From an uncultured Hyphomonadaceae bacterium (GTDB lineage: Bacteria > Pseudomonadota > Alphaproteobacteria > Caulobacterales > Hyphomonadaceae): a stretch of DNA of 25,402 nucleotides. Where the stretch lies: NCBI GenBank assembly GCA_964472435.1, contig CAYYNG010000001.1, positions 1 through 25,402 on the forward strand, written 5' to 3'. Within the stretch, counting starts at the first letter, position 1, and the number at the start of each line of letters is the position of its first letter. This document shows, piece after piece, positions 1-8,724 of this stretch. Under the pieces are notes generated by a model, which had not been told where the DNA came from, did no database searches, and worked only from the letters and a program-made list of their open reading frames with translations. The translations under genes were made by a program, and so were the position numbers.

Positions 1-541
1 CAATCAAGAAGAAATCAACAAACGGGGCCATTGCGGCGGCCTGTTCATAGTAAGCCTTCCGCACCTCGTCGAAGGCGACCTCGCGAAAGCCCGGATCGTT
101 GACGTTGGGCGAGAGCGACAGGGTCTTGTTGGTCGGGCCGATCGCGCCGAGCACCCCGATCGGTCGGCCGAGCTCGGCTTCCGCGGCGTCGGCGACTTCG
201 CGTGCAAGGCGGGCTCCGGCCGCGGCGATCTCCGAGGCGAGCGGCTCCATTTCGTAATCCGCCATGGCGATGGTGGTGGCGCTGAACGTATTGGTCTCGA
301 AGAGATCGGCGCCGGCGTCGATGTATCGCCGGTGGATGGCTTTGACGACATCCGGTCGTGTTAGGTTCAAAAGGTCGTTGTTCCCCTTGAGGGGTATGCG
401 CCAACCGGCGAACCGGCCGCCCTCGAAGTCCGCCTCGTCAAGCTCGAAGCTTTGGATCTGCGTGCCCATGGCGCCGTCGAGCACGAGTATGCGCTTGGCG
501 GCGGCCGCTTCCAGCGCGGCGAGGCGGTCGTCTCTTCTCAT
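1..541 (-). CDS. metH: Methionine synthase, N-terminal homocysteine-binding domain (partial; runs off the left edge)
   Basis: Manual translation from ATG at 541: MRRDDRLAALEAAAAKRILVLDGAMGTQIQ...KGNNDLLNLTRPDVVKAIHRRYIDAGADLFETNTF...GAIGPTNKTLSLSPNVNDPGFREVAFDEVRKAY. These are MetH motifs. The ORF is absent from the track because there is no stop in the window. Confidence 0.96.
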   Translation of the reverse strand, partial: MRRDDRLAALEAAAAKRILVLDGAMGTQIQSFELDEADFEGGRFAGWRIPLKGNNDLLNLTRPDVVKAIHRRYIDAGADLFETNTFSATTIAMADYEMEPLASEIAAAGARLAREVADAAEAELGRPIGVLGAIGPTNKTLSLSPNVNDPGFREVAFDEVRKAYYEQAAAMAPFVDFFLI

Positions 542-551
542 GTCGATTCCC

Positions 552-1466
552 TTAGGCGGCTTTCGCAGCGGACCGCGCCTTTAGGCCCAGAAGGCGGCAG
601 GTCGAAAGCGCAAGCGCCGCGCGGTTCAGCGTGTAGAAGTGAAAATCGGTGACGCCCTCGTCCGAAAGCTTCCGGCAAAGCTCTGCAGCGACGTTCGCCG
701 TCACGAGATCGCGCTGCTCGGGATCGTCGTCGAGCCCGTCATAGAGCGCGTGCAGCCAGTCTGGCAGCTTCGCGCCGCAAAGCCGGGCGATGCGTTTGAG
801 GCCCTTGAAGTTCGGTTGCAGCATGATCCCCGGCACGATGGGCATTGTCACGCCGGCTTCGGCCGCGCGGTCGAGCAGGCGAAAATAATCGTCGGCGTCG
901 AAGAAAAACTGCGTGATCGCCCTATCCGCGCCTGCGTCCTCTTTCGCCTTCAGAAGCGCCATGTCCTCGTCCCAGCCGCGGCTCTCGGGGTGACGTTCGG
1001 GATAGGCGGAGACCGAAACCTCGAAACATTTGCCGAGGTCCGGGCGATGGGCGCGAAGGCCGGCGACGAGTTCCGTTGAACTGCGATAACCTTCGGGATG
1101 AGGGGTGAAAGCCGCGCCCATGCCTTCGGGCGCATCGCCGCGCAGGGCCACGATGTGTTTCACCCCCGCCTGCCAGTAGTCTTCCGCAACGGCATGGACC
1201 TCGTCCTTTGACGCGCCCACGCAGGTCAAGTGGGCGGCGGGGGTGAGGCCGGTCTCGTCGACCATGCGCTTGACCGTGCGGTGCGTGCGGTCCCGCGTCG
1301 ATCCGCCGGCGCCGTAGGTGACCGAAACAAATAGGGGATCGATCGGCTCAAGCCGGCTGACCGCATCCCACAGCTTTGTCTCGGCCGCGTCGGTTTTGGG
1401 GGGGAAGAACTCAAAGGAGACCCGGCGCGTCTCTGCGCCTTCCTCGAATTGGCTGAGCGGGCTCAT
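552..1466 (-). CDS. metF: 5,10-methylenetetrahydrofolate reductase
   Basis: Motifs VSFEFFPPK, FVSVTYGAGGSTR, AAHLTCV, ALRGD, AITQFFF and FHFYTLN. The start overlaps the upstream gene's stop (ATGA). Confidence 0.97.
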   Translation of the reverse strand: MSPLSQFEEGAETRRVSFEFFPPKTDAAETKLWDAVSRLEPIDPLFVSVTYGAGGSTRDRTHRTVKRMVDETGLTPAAHLTCVGASKDEVHAVAEDYWQAGVKHIVALRGDAPEGMGAAFTPHPEGYRSSTELVAGLRAHRPDLGKCFEVSVSAYPERHPESRGWDEDMALLKAKEDAGADRAITQFFFDADDYFRLLDRAAEAGVTMPIVPGIMLQPNFKGLKRIARLCGAKLPDWLHALYDGLDDDPEQRDLVTANVAAELCRKLSDEGVTDFHFYTLNRAALALSTCRLLGLKARSAAKAA

Positions 1467-2440
1467 GCCGCTTTCTCCTTGGCTTTCATTGGTTTTCGCG
1501 CGGTCCAGAGGAGGACCGAAAGCCCCGCCCCGCGCTTATCTTTCGGCGGGTCGAACCGCTTCGGCGCGTCAAGCGACACGCCATAGGCCGCCGTCCAGCC
1601 GGCAAGCGCGTCGTGGCGCAATCCGAGCCGTCTGTGGCCGTGCTCGGTTCTCAGGAATTCAAGGTCATGCGGCGCGAAATCGACCAGCAGCATCCGGCCC
1701 CCCGGGGCCAGGATCCGGCTCGCCTCTTCGATCACCCGTTCGGGATCATCCACATAGTGAAGCACTTGGTGGATCACGACGAGATCGGCGAAATCGTCCG
1801 GGTAAGGCGTCGCCGCGACATCGCCGTGGCGGACGCTTGCGTTTCGAACACCCTCGCGCTCCAAATTGGTCCGCGCAACCGTCAGCATTTGGTGGCTGAA
1901 GTCCACCCCTTCGGCCGCGTCGACGCGCGCAGAGAAGAGCGTCAGCATCCGGCCTGTGCCGGTGCCGAGATCGACAAGCTGCGCGAAGCGGTTTGGCCCG
2001 GCTGCGTCGAGCAGGGCCGCTTCGATGCGCTCCTCCGGATAGTGAAGCGATCTGATTTTGTCCCAATCGGTGGCGACGTTGCTGAAATAGGCCTCGGCCG
2101 TTCGGGCGCGCTCGCGCCGGATGCGCTTCAACTGTTCGGCGTCCCGGCCGACGTCCGAATCGTCCCCGAGATGGCGGAAGACGTCGTCCAAGAACGTCCG
2201 AGCGCCGGTGTCGGACGCCCAGCGGTAAAACACCCAGGCGCCCTCCGGCAGCCGGTCGACAAGGCCCGCGCCGGCGAGGGTTTTGAGATGGTGCGACAGG
2301 CGCGGCTGGCTTTGACCAAGCGCCACGCTGAGTTCGCCGACCGAGAGTTCGCCATTGCGCAGCAAGGTTAGGATCCGCAGCCGCGTTTGTTCGCCGGCCG
2401 CGCGCATCCAAGCGATAAGGGTGTCTGCTGGAGCACTCAT
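1463..2440 (-). CDS. sahR: ArsR-family HTH fused to a SAM-binding methyltransferase-like domain; SahR-type methionine/SAM-cycle regulator
   Basis: N-terminal ArsR HTH (RLRILTLL..GELSVGEL..LGQSQPRLSHHLKTL..AGLV) and a C-terminal class I MTase motif (LVDLGTGTG). It heads the metF-metH operon. Start placed at ATG 2440 (MSAPADT) because the upstream in-frame extension covers the promoter/operator. Confidence 0.85.
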   Translation of the reverse strand: MSAPADTLIAWMRAAGEQTRLRILTLLRNGELSVGELSVALGQSQPRLSHHLKTLAGAGLVDRLPEGAWVFYRWASDTGARTFLDDVFRHLGDDSDVGRDAEQLKRIRRERARTAEAYFSNVATDWDKIRSLHYPEERIEAALLDAAGPNRFAQLVDLGTGTGRMLTLFSARVDAAEGVDFSHQMLTVARTNLEREGVRNASVRHGDVAATPYPDDFADLVVIHQVLHYVDDPERVIEEASRILAPGGRMLLVDFAPHDLEFLRTEHGHRRLGLRHDALAGWTAAYGVSLDAPKRFDPPKDKRGAGLSVLLWTARKPMKAKEKAA

Positions 2441-2446
2441 ATCATG

Positions 2447-2466
2447 ATATAAACATGCCTTTATAT
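2447..2466. promoter_or_regulatory. 20-bp palindromic operator, probable SahR autoregulatory site
   Basis: ATATAAACATGCCTTTATAT has 7-bp perfect arms (ATATAAA/TTTATAT). It is an AT-rich island 6 bp upstream of the sahR start. Confidence 0.7.
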
Positions 2467-2598
2467 GTTTGCGCAAGCGGCGAGGCTTGTTGCGATGTGA
2501 TCACACCCCATCAAGGCCGTGTCAGCGCTGAAAGCTCGTGAGTTGAAGGGCTTCGCCCTCCGATCCATATAGCGCTGGGACGCGCCAGGAGAGATCAT

Positions 2599-3360
2599 AT
2601 GCGCAAACTTCTCGCCATTGGCGCCGCGGCTTTCGCGCTCGCCGGCTGCGCCTCCAGGCAGGCCGCCCAAGTCGGGGAAGTCTATGACCCCTACGAGGGG
2701 CTCAATCGCCGCAGCTACGCCATCAACGAGGCCGTCGATCAGGCGGTGGTCGGCCCCGTCGCTCGGGGGTACGCGCGGATCACGCCGAAAGCGTTTCGGA
2801 TCGGCTTGGACAACGCCTTCGACAACCTCAATTCGCCTGCGATCTTTGTGAACGATTGGTTGCAGCTTGAGCCCGATCGGGCTGGCGACACTTTGATCAG
2901 GTTCGTGTTGAACACCACGATCGGCATTGGCGGCTTCTGGGACGCCGGAGAATATTTCGGCATTGAGAAGCATAGCGAGGATTTCGGCCAAACCTTAGGC
3001 AAGTGGGGCGTCGGCGAAGGGCCCTATCTCGTGGTCCCGCTGCTCGGGCCCAGCAATACCCGGGACGCGTTCGGCAGCATCGTCGATATCGCCTTCAATC
3101 CGCTCCTTTACATCGAATTCGCCGCCTCCGAGATCTTGGATGACATTTTGCAGCCGAGCCTGGTGTTGGGAAATACGATCAATACGAGAGCCCTTTTAGA
3201 CGAGCAGTTGGAGACGCTCCGCGATCAGCCAGAGCCCTACGTGGCGCTGCGGCGGGCCTACACGTCTCAACGCCGCGCGGCGATCCGGAACGGCGTTGAA
3301 GACCCAGACCCGTTCTCAGATCTGCCCGATTTCGATGATTTCGAGGACGAGGACTTCTAA
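2599..3360 (+). CDS. mlaA: MlaA/VacJ family outer-membrane lipoprotein (lipid asymmetry)
   Basis: Lipobox LAGC; motifs YDPYEGLNR, RFVLNTTIGIGG, EDFGQTLGKWGVGEGPYLVVPLLGPSN.RD; SD AGGAG. Confidence 0.95.
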   Translation: MRKLLAIGAAAFALAGCASRQAAQVGEVYDPYEGLNRRSYAINEAVDQAVVGPVARGYARITPKAFRIGLDNAFDNLNSPAIFVNDWLQLEPDRAGDTLIRFVLNTTIGIGGFWDAGEYFGIEKHSEDFGQTLGKWGVGEGPYLVVPLLGPSNTRDAFGSIVDIAFNPLLYIEFAASEILDDILQPSLVLGNTINTRALLDEQLETLRDQPEPYVALRRAYTSQRRAAIRNGVEDPDPFSDLPDFDDFEDEDF

Positions 3361-3372
3361 GGGGAGGCCTGG

Positions 3373-4011
3373 ATGGTGCGAGTTTTGAGGTTTGCGGCGC
3401 CGTGGATCGCCGCGGCGGCTATTGCCGCATCGGCCGCCGCAGATGAGCGCAGCGAAGCCTTTGTCGAAGATAACGCCAACGCCGTCCTCAAGGCGTTGAA
3501 CGATCCCGAGCTCGACGCCGTCGCCCGGTCGGAGGCGTTCGTGGGCTATATGGACGAATTCGCCAACATCCCGCGCATTTCGAGCTTCGTACTGGGGCGG
3601 TACGCGCGGCGTTTTTCAGACGAAGACAAGGCCCGGTTTCAAGAAGCCTTCCGCGACTTTTCTCTCGCCGCCTATCGCGCGCAGTTCGATGACCTGCGCG
3701 GCGGAGCGCTCGTGGTCGATGGGTCGCGCGACCGGAACGATCGCGACTCCGTCGTTGAGAGCCGGGTGATCGCTCCCGACGGGGAAGAGACGGAGGTCTA
3801 TTGGCGCGTCCTCGATCGCAATGGCGGCTTCAAGATCTACGATGTCGCCCTCAATCTCGACGGCAACGTGCTCTGGCTTGCGATCGAACAGCGGGCGCAG
3901 TTCGTCGCCCTTCTCGACCGGACCAACGGATCCATGGATGCGCTCATCGAAACCCTCGAGGAACGCCGCGCCGAACTTGAGGCGGGCGCAGCGGACGCGC
4001 AGGCAGGCTGA
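3373..4011 (+). CDS. mlaC: MlaC/Ttg2D family periplasmic phospholipid-binding protein
   Basis: Signal peptide; motifs FVLGRYAR, VYWRV and FKIYDV; directly downstream of mlaA with SD GGGGAGG. Confidence 0.85.
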   Translation: MVRVLRFAAPWIAAAAIAASAAADERSEAFVEDNANAVLKALNDPELDAVARSEAFVGYMDEFANIPRISSFVLGRYARRFSDEDKARFQEAFRDFSLAAYRAQFDDLRGGALVVDGSRDRNDRDSVVESRVIAPDGEETEVYWRVLDRNGGFKIYDVALNLDGNVLWLAIEQRAQFVALLDRTNGSMDALIETLEERRAELEAGAADAQAG

Positions 4012-4033
4012 CGCCTGCGCGCCCGGCCGTGGC

Positions 4034-5431
4034 TTAAACGAACGGCGGCGGCCCCGACGGGAAGTTTTGAAGCCCCGGCAGGATCTGCATCAGCTCCGTA
4101 TCGTTGAGGCCGAACCAGCGACCCAAGCTGGCGGCGTATTGTTCGACCGACGTCGTAGGAATGAGCCGGCCATTGCCTGCGTCTTGGGCGTGGTCGAAAT
4201 CCGAGACCGGCAGATCGCCGAAGATGGTCTGCCCGTCTACGGCCCCGCCGACCACGAAGTGATGCGCGCCCCAGCCATGGTCGGTGCCATCGCCGTTGAT
4301 GTTCAATGTCCGCCCAAAGTCGGACGCCGTGAAGGTGGTGACGCTATCGCGCACTCCGAGCTCGATTGTCGCGTTGTAAAAGGCCGCGATCGCTTCGGCG
4401 ATCTGGATCTGCAGCCCGGGCAACCGGCCGGCCTGCCCCGAATGGGTGTCGAAGCCGCCGATGGTGACGAAGAAAACCTGACGGCTGATGCCGAGCTGCG
4501 ATCTTAGGGCGATCGTCTCGGCCACCGCCGCGAGCTGGCGTCCGAGGCGGGTGTCGGGGAAGGTCGTGGCGACGGGCGCTGTGGTTTCGAGCGCGCTCAC
4601 ATACTGCTCATTGACGTCGACAGAACGCTGGCTGATGGCCGCGATGTCCTGTTCGAAGAGGTTCGAGCGCGCCCCGCTTTGGGCGCGGAAGTGCTCGCGC
4701 AGCAGATCTGGCGCGATCTCGGATCGGCGGCCCTCGCCGAGAAGGCGGGACTGTTCAAGCTCGCGAAACGAAGCAGGCCCGCCCAATTGATTGCGATATT
4801 GTTGGGCGATCTCGCCTGCTAGGAACACGTCTGTGCTGCCGGTGGCGACCGCAGTAAAGGCTGGCGTTGCATTTGCGTTCGCTAAAATCGCGCGATCGGC
4901 GAACTGTCCGCCCCAGCCGATCCGTGCGCCTTCGGGCGACAAAGCCATCCATGTCGATTGCTGGTCGTTATGCGAGAAGAGGCGCGGCGGAAGGGAAACC
5001 GACCGCTCGCGGAATTGGGTCTGCGTCGTCGGCTCCACAAGCGGTCCGACATTTCCCACGATCGCGGCCGCGCCGCTTTCAAAGAGCGCGTGGAGCTGGC
5101 CAAGCTCTGGCGGTAGGGCGAACCGGCGTGAGCCGAACGCCGCGCCGTTCACCGGGTTCAATTCGAGGAGCAGGTTTCGCTCGCGCGTCGGCGTGTCGTC
5201 GACGAGATCCTCCCGGATTTCCGCATAGCGATTATAGGATGCGGTATCGAAGGGAATGATCGTGTCGTGATTGTCGAGGCCGCCTTTGAGAAAGACGCAG
5301 ACCAACGCTTTGTAGCCGGTCACGTCGATCGCGTGCGCGGCGAAGTTAGAGAGCGTCGCGGCGATGCCGCCGCTGGCGAGCAGTGGAAGAGCGCCGGCGC
5401 CTCTGAGGAAGTTTCTGCGGGACGTGGTCAT
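4034..5431 (-). CDS. DUF1501 family protein with Tat signal
   Basis: Twin-arginine signal SRRNFL; family-type motifs YKALVCVFLKGGLD, LFSHNDQQ, GGFDTH, TFTASDFGRT, GDGTDHGWG, GRLIPTTSVEQY. Start at ATG 5431 has SD AGAGGA. Confidence 0.85.
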   Translation of the reverse strand: MTTSRRNFLRGAGALPLLASGGIAATLSNFAAHAIDVTGYKALVCVFLKGGLDNHDTIIPFDTASYNRYAEIREDLVDDTPTRERNLLLELNPVNGAAFGSRRFALPPELGQLHALFESGAAAIVGNVGPLVEPTTQTQFRERSVSLPPRLFSHNDQQSTWMALSPEGARIGWGGQFADRAILANANATPAFTAVATGSTDVFLAGEIAQQYRNQLGGPASFRELEQSRLLGEGRRSEIAPDLLREHFRAQSGARSNLFEQDIAAISQRSVDVNEQYVSALETTAPVATTFPDTRLGRQLAAVAETIALRSQLGISRQVFFVTIGGFDTHSGQAGRLPGLQIQIAEAIAAFYNATIELGVRDSVTTFTASDFGRTLNINGDGTDHGWGAHHFVVGGAVDGQTIFGDLPVSDFDHAQDAGNGRLIPTTSVEQYAASLGRWFGLNDTELMQILPGLQNFPSGPPPFV

Positions 5432-5451
5432 GGTGCGAAATCCTCTTCTGC

Positions 5452-7215
5452 TCAACGCTGTACTAAGTATTCGGGCGCCGTCATCACCATAAGGATGGCG
5501 ATGTGGACGCGATCTTCGAGCGCATCCGCCGCCTCCTCTTCGTCGTCGGCGGAGATCGGAATCTCGTTGAGAACGGCGATGATGCGGTCCTGGGTTTCGG
5601 TGTGGAGCCGACCGGCCGCAAGCAGCAGGTTGAGGCGGTCGACGAGCGACGCTGGATCGCCGGCGAGTGCAAGCTCCTCCCGATAATCGGGTTCGTAGCT
5701 GTCGCGCGGCCCGTCATTGTCCGGGGTGTCGTCGCGAATAAACCGGCTCATGAAGTTCGAGTAGCTGATCGCTGCGGTTTCGTTGCTGATTTGCAGCTCG
5801 GGCGCGACCAAATTCGCCTCCCCCGTCGCCGTGCCGGGCGCGACATAGCCAGGTCGATAGAAGTTGAACACCGACGGCGAACGGTAAGGATGTTGGCTCA
5901 GCCGGTCGAGGCGTGAGGCGTCGCGGAGGAAAACCTGCGGCTCCGCATCCGCCTCCTCGACGCCGAACGCCCGCGCCCAGTGCGTCAGCCGCAAGACCGG
6001 TTCCCGGACTTTGCCGAAGCTTGGATCGTCGGGCATGTCCCCGATGACGTTCTCATCCAGGAGGATCGCGGCGACCGTCGCCTCCAAGTCTCCGCGCTGG
6101 CCGGTCCCGAACGTCGTCCCTCCCGGGCCGGTGAAAACGCCGCGCTCGAAGGCGAGCGCGACCCGTTCGATGTAATCCGGGTCCGGATTGCTGGTCACCA
6201 AGCGCTGGATCAGCTGCCGGCTGATGAAGGGTGCGACGTTCGGATGGGAGAAGATTTCGTCAAGCGCCATGTCGATGCTGGCTTCGGCCGGCGTGAGGGC
6301 GGGGATCGTCACCCCCAAAAAGGATTTCTCGAGTTCGGAATGATGCTCCGGGAAAACGGCCAGGGGCGAGAAGCGCGCATCGCCGTCGGCGTCGTTCAAG
6401 CGAAAGAACTCAGAGCCCTTGAGGCTCAGCCCCGTAAAGACCCGGGCCAGACCCGTGATATCGGTATTGTCATAGGTTTCGATCGCGCCTCCGTCGGGGC
6501 CGACGCGCAGCGTGCCGTCCATATTGAGCTCGACGAGCCCAATTGTGAAAAGCTGGAGCAGTTCCCGCGCGTAGTTTTCGTCCGGAACGCGGCCGCGTTC
6601 CATATCGCCTTTCCGATTCCGCATATAGGTCAGGTATGTCGCCATCGCCGGCGAATAGGTGACCTCCTCGAGCAGCGTGCGGTAATTGCCGAAAGCATTC
6701 CGGATCAGAACGTCCATGTAATAAGCCAGCATCCGCTGGTCGTTGATGTCTGAACCGGCTCCGTCTGAAACGACAAGAATTTGAGAAAGCGCAAAGGCGA
6801 CGCGCTGGCGGAGCTGATCGTCGGCGGTGATCGCCGCTTCCCAGAACGCCGCAGAGGCGCGGTTTCGGTCGCCGTCTCCGCCGATGCCGGAGAGGAGAAA
6901 GGTCGGATCCTCGGCGAATTGATCTTCGAGCCAGCGTTCAGCATCCATGCTTTCAAGCCGGTCGATCTCCTCCATCGTGGCGCCGAACGTCGACATCCCA
7001 AGAAATTCGGCCGCTTCGACCGACGATCCGATGGCGGACCCTGCTGGCGGAGGCGGCGCCGGCGCCGGCGCAGGCGGAGCGCCCGGCGCGGCCGGGGCCG
7101 GAACGCCTGGCGCGGGTCCGGCGTCGCCACCCCCCGAACAACTTGCTAGAACAAGCGCTGCCATCGCTGTAGTACAACGAAGAACACGCCGCGACAAATA
7201 CTTCGCACGGACCAT
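5452..7215 (-). CDS. DUF1800 family protein, predicted lipoprotein with a Pro/Ala-rich tether
   Basis: Lipobox-like VLASC; PAPAAPGAPPAPAPAPPPP linker; motifs DQLRQRVAFALSQILVVS, PAMATYL, PDENYARELLQLFTIGL, SPSVFNFYRP; SD GGGGAG. Adjacent to DUF1501, the usual pairing. Confidence 0.85.
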   Translation of the reverse strand: MVRAKYLSRRVLRCTTAMAALVLASCSGGGDAGPAPGVPAPAAPGAPPAPAPAPPPPAGSAIGSSVEAAEFLGMSTFGATMEEIDRLESMDAERWLEDQFAEDPTFLLSGIGGDGDRNRASAAFWEAAITADDQLRQRVAFALSQILVVSDGAGSDINDQRMLAYYMDVLIRNAFGNYRTLLEEVTYSPAMATYLTYMRNRKGDMERGRVPDENYARELLQLFTIGLVELNMDGTLRVGPDGGAIETYDNTDITGLARVFTGLSLKGSEFFRLNDADGDARFSPLAVFPEHHSELEKSFLGVTIPALTPAEASIDMALDEIFSHPNVAPFISRQLIQRLVTSNPDPDYIERVALAFERGVFTGPGGTTFGTGQRGDLEATVAAILLDENVIGDMPDDPSFGKVREPVLRLTHWARAFGVEEADAEPQVFLRDASRLDRLSQHPYRSPSVFNFYRPGYVAPGTATGEANLVAPELQISNETAAISYSNFMSRFIRDDTPDNDGPRDSYEPDYREELALAGDPASLVDRLNLLLAAGRLHTETQDRIIAVLNEIPISADDEEEAADALEDRVHIAILMVMTAPEYLVQR

Positions 7216-7396
7216 GCCGGGCTCCCCTAATACGCGGACTCTGGCGTTGTGAGTGAAATATCCCCGAAAGATGTGTAAATCGTCACTGAATCCGGGGCGG
7301 AATTGTGACGAATTTCGTGCGAAAAGATGGATGTCGTTAAATGTTTACTGACGAATTGAGCGCGTTTCGCCCCCCTGTTAGGGGACGGGGTCGGCC

Positions 7397-8332
7397 TTAT
7401 TGCGTCGTCAGGGCGACGAACACGTCTTCTAGGTGCGGTTCTTCCGTTCGGAGGTCGGCGATCGACAGGCCGCCTTGCCGGACGCTTTCGAGGAGCCGGC
7501 CGATGCCGGTTTCGCTGGCGCGGTAAGTAATCGCGAGGGTGCCGTCGGCTCGGATCTCGGCGTCGACGCCGGACAACTCACCCGGAACCGAGGTCAGCGG
7601 GGACTTCGGCGTCACGACCAGCGTCTTGTGGTCCAGCCGCCGAAGCAAGGACGCTGTCGGTTCGCAGGCGATGATCTCGCCGTGATTGACGATCGCGATC
7701 GTGTCGCAGAGCTCTTCGGCCTCCTCGAGATAGTGGGTTGTTAGAATGATCGTCGTGCCGAGGGCGTGCAGCTCCCGCACATAGGACCAGAGGGATCGGC
7801 GGAGCTCGACATCCACCCCCGCGGTCGGCTCGTCCAAAATCAAGACGGGCGGATTGTGAACGAGCGCTTTGGCCACCATCAGCCGACGCTTCATGCCTCC
7901 CGACAGTTGGCGCACATAGGCGTCTTTCTTGTCATCGAGGCCGACCGCCGCCAAAATCTCCATAGAGCGCCGCTCGGATTTCGGCACGCCGTAGAAGCCG
8001 GCCTGGAGTTCAAGCGCTTCAAGGGGGGTAAAGAACGGATCCATCGTGATCTCTTGCGGTACGACGCCCAGGGCGGCGCGCGCCTCGCGCGGGGCGCTGT
8101 CGATGTCTCGATTCCATATGCGGGCGACGCCGCTTGTCTTGACGACAAGACCCGCCAAAATATTGATGAACGTTGATTTCCCCGCGCCGTTCGGGCCGAG
8201 CAGGCCGAAAATCGATCCGCGGGGGATTTTCAGATCGATGCCTTTCAAGGCCCGCTTCTCCGGCATCTTGCCCGAGGCGCGGTAGGTTTTGTCGAGGCCG
8301 ATCACCTCGATGGCGAACTCTGGCGGTGTCAT
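7397..8332 (-). CDS. ABC transporter ATP-binding protein (ABC-2/multidrug type)
   Basis: Walker A GPNGAGKST, signature LSGGMKRR, Walker B ILDEPT, H-loop TTHYLEEAE. No permease gene is adjacent. Confidence 0.93.
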   Translation of the reverse strand: MTPPEFAIEVIGLDKTYRASGKMPEKRALKGIDLKIPRGSIFGLLGPNGAGKSTFINILAGLVVKTSGVARIWNRDIDSAPREARAALGVVPQEITMDPFFTPLEALELQAGFYGVPKSERRSMEILAAVGLDDKKDAYVRQLSGGMKRRLMVAKALVHNPPVLILDEPTAGVDVELRRSLWSYVRELHALGTTIILTTHYLEEAEELCDTIAIVNHGEIIACEPTASLLRRLDHKTLVVTPKSPLTSVPGELSGVDAEIRADGTLAITYRASETGIGRLLESVRQGGLSIADLRTEEPHLEDVFVALTTQ

Positions 8333-8517
8333 GAGAGCCCCTATGGAATCAGGCGGTCACTCGTAAAGATGCGGCCGCTCCAGGCAGTTATATGCGCTCT
8401 CGACGGCGCGTTTCAAAGATCCGGCGACGGGCGGGCGCGGTTTGCCGATTGACGAACCCGTCCGGCGCTTCGTAGGTGCGAGCGGCTGATCGAACCGCCT
8501 GGACAAGGATGACCGCC

Positions 8518-8724
8518 ATGGCCGCCGCCCCGACGCCCCCCGCTTCCGATGCGCCGGAGATCGTCTATGTGGACGATCACCAGGTTTCCTGCGACGGAGG
8601 CGGCGGAGCCCTCGGCCATCCGATCGTTTATTACGAGGTCGGTGCGAACGGGTTCGTCGAGTGCGGTTATTGCGACCGTCGCTTCATTCTTCGCGGCGGC
8701 CCGGCCGACGGCTCTAATCGCTAA
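8518..8724 (+). CDS. Small CHCC-type zinc-finger protein (NDUFS6/13-kDa-like family)
   Basis: Motif V.CDGGGGALGHP.VY...CGYC; SD AAGGA 8 nt upstream of ATG 8518 (alternative start 8509). Confidence 0.85.
   Translation: MAAAPTPPASDAPEIVYVDDHQVSCDGGGGALGHPIVYYEVGANGFVECGYCDRRFILRGGPADGSNR

Noticed and set aside
542-2476. SAM or cobalamin riboswitch controlling metF/metH
   Set aside because: There is no room: metF overlaps the sahR stop and metH starts 10 bp after metF. No riboswitch motif is seen upstream of sahR.
2496-2505. Perfect palindrome TGTGATCACA in the sahR-mlaA intergenic region
   Set aside because: It lacks the 6-bp spacer of CRP/FNR sites, and a single 10-bp palindrome is not enough to call a site.
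7045-7125. GC-rich low-complexity repeat-like stretch
   Set aside because: It encodes the Pro/Ala linker of the DUF1800 lipoprotein and is not a repeat element or CRISPR array.
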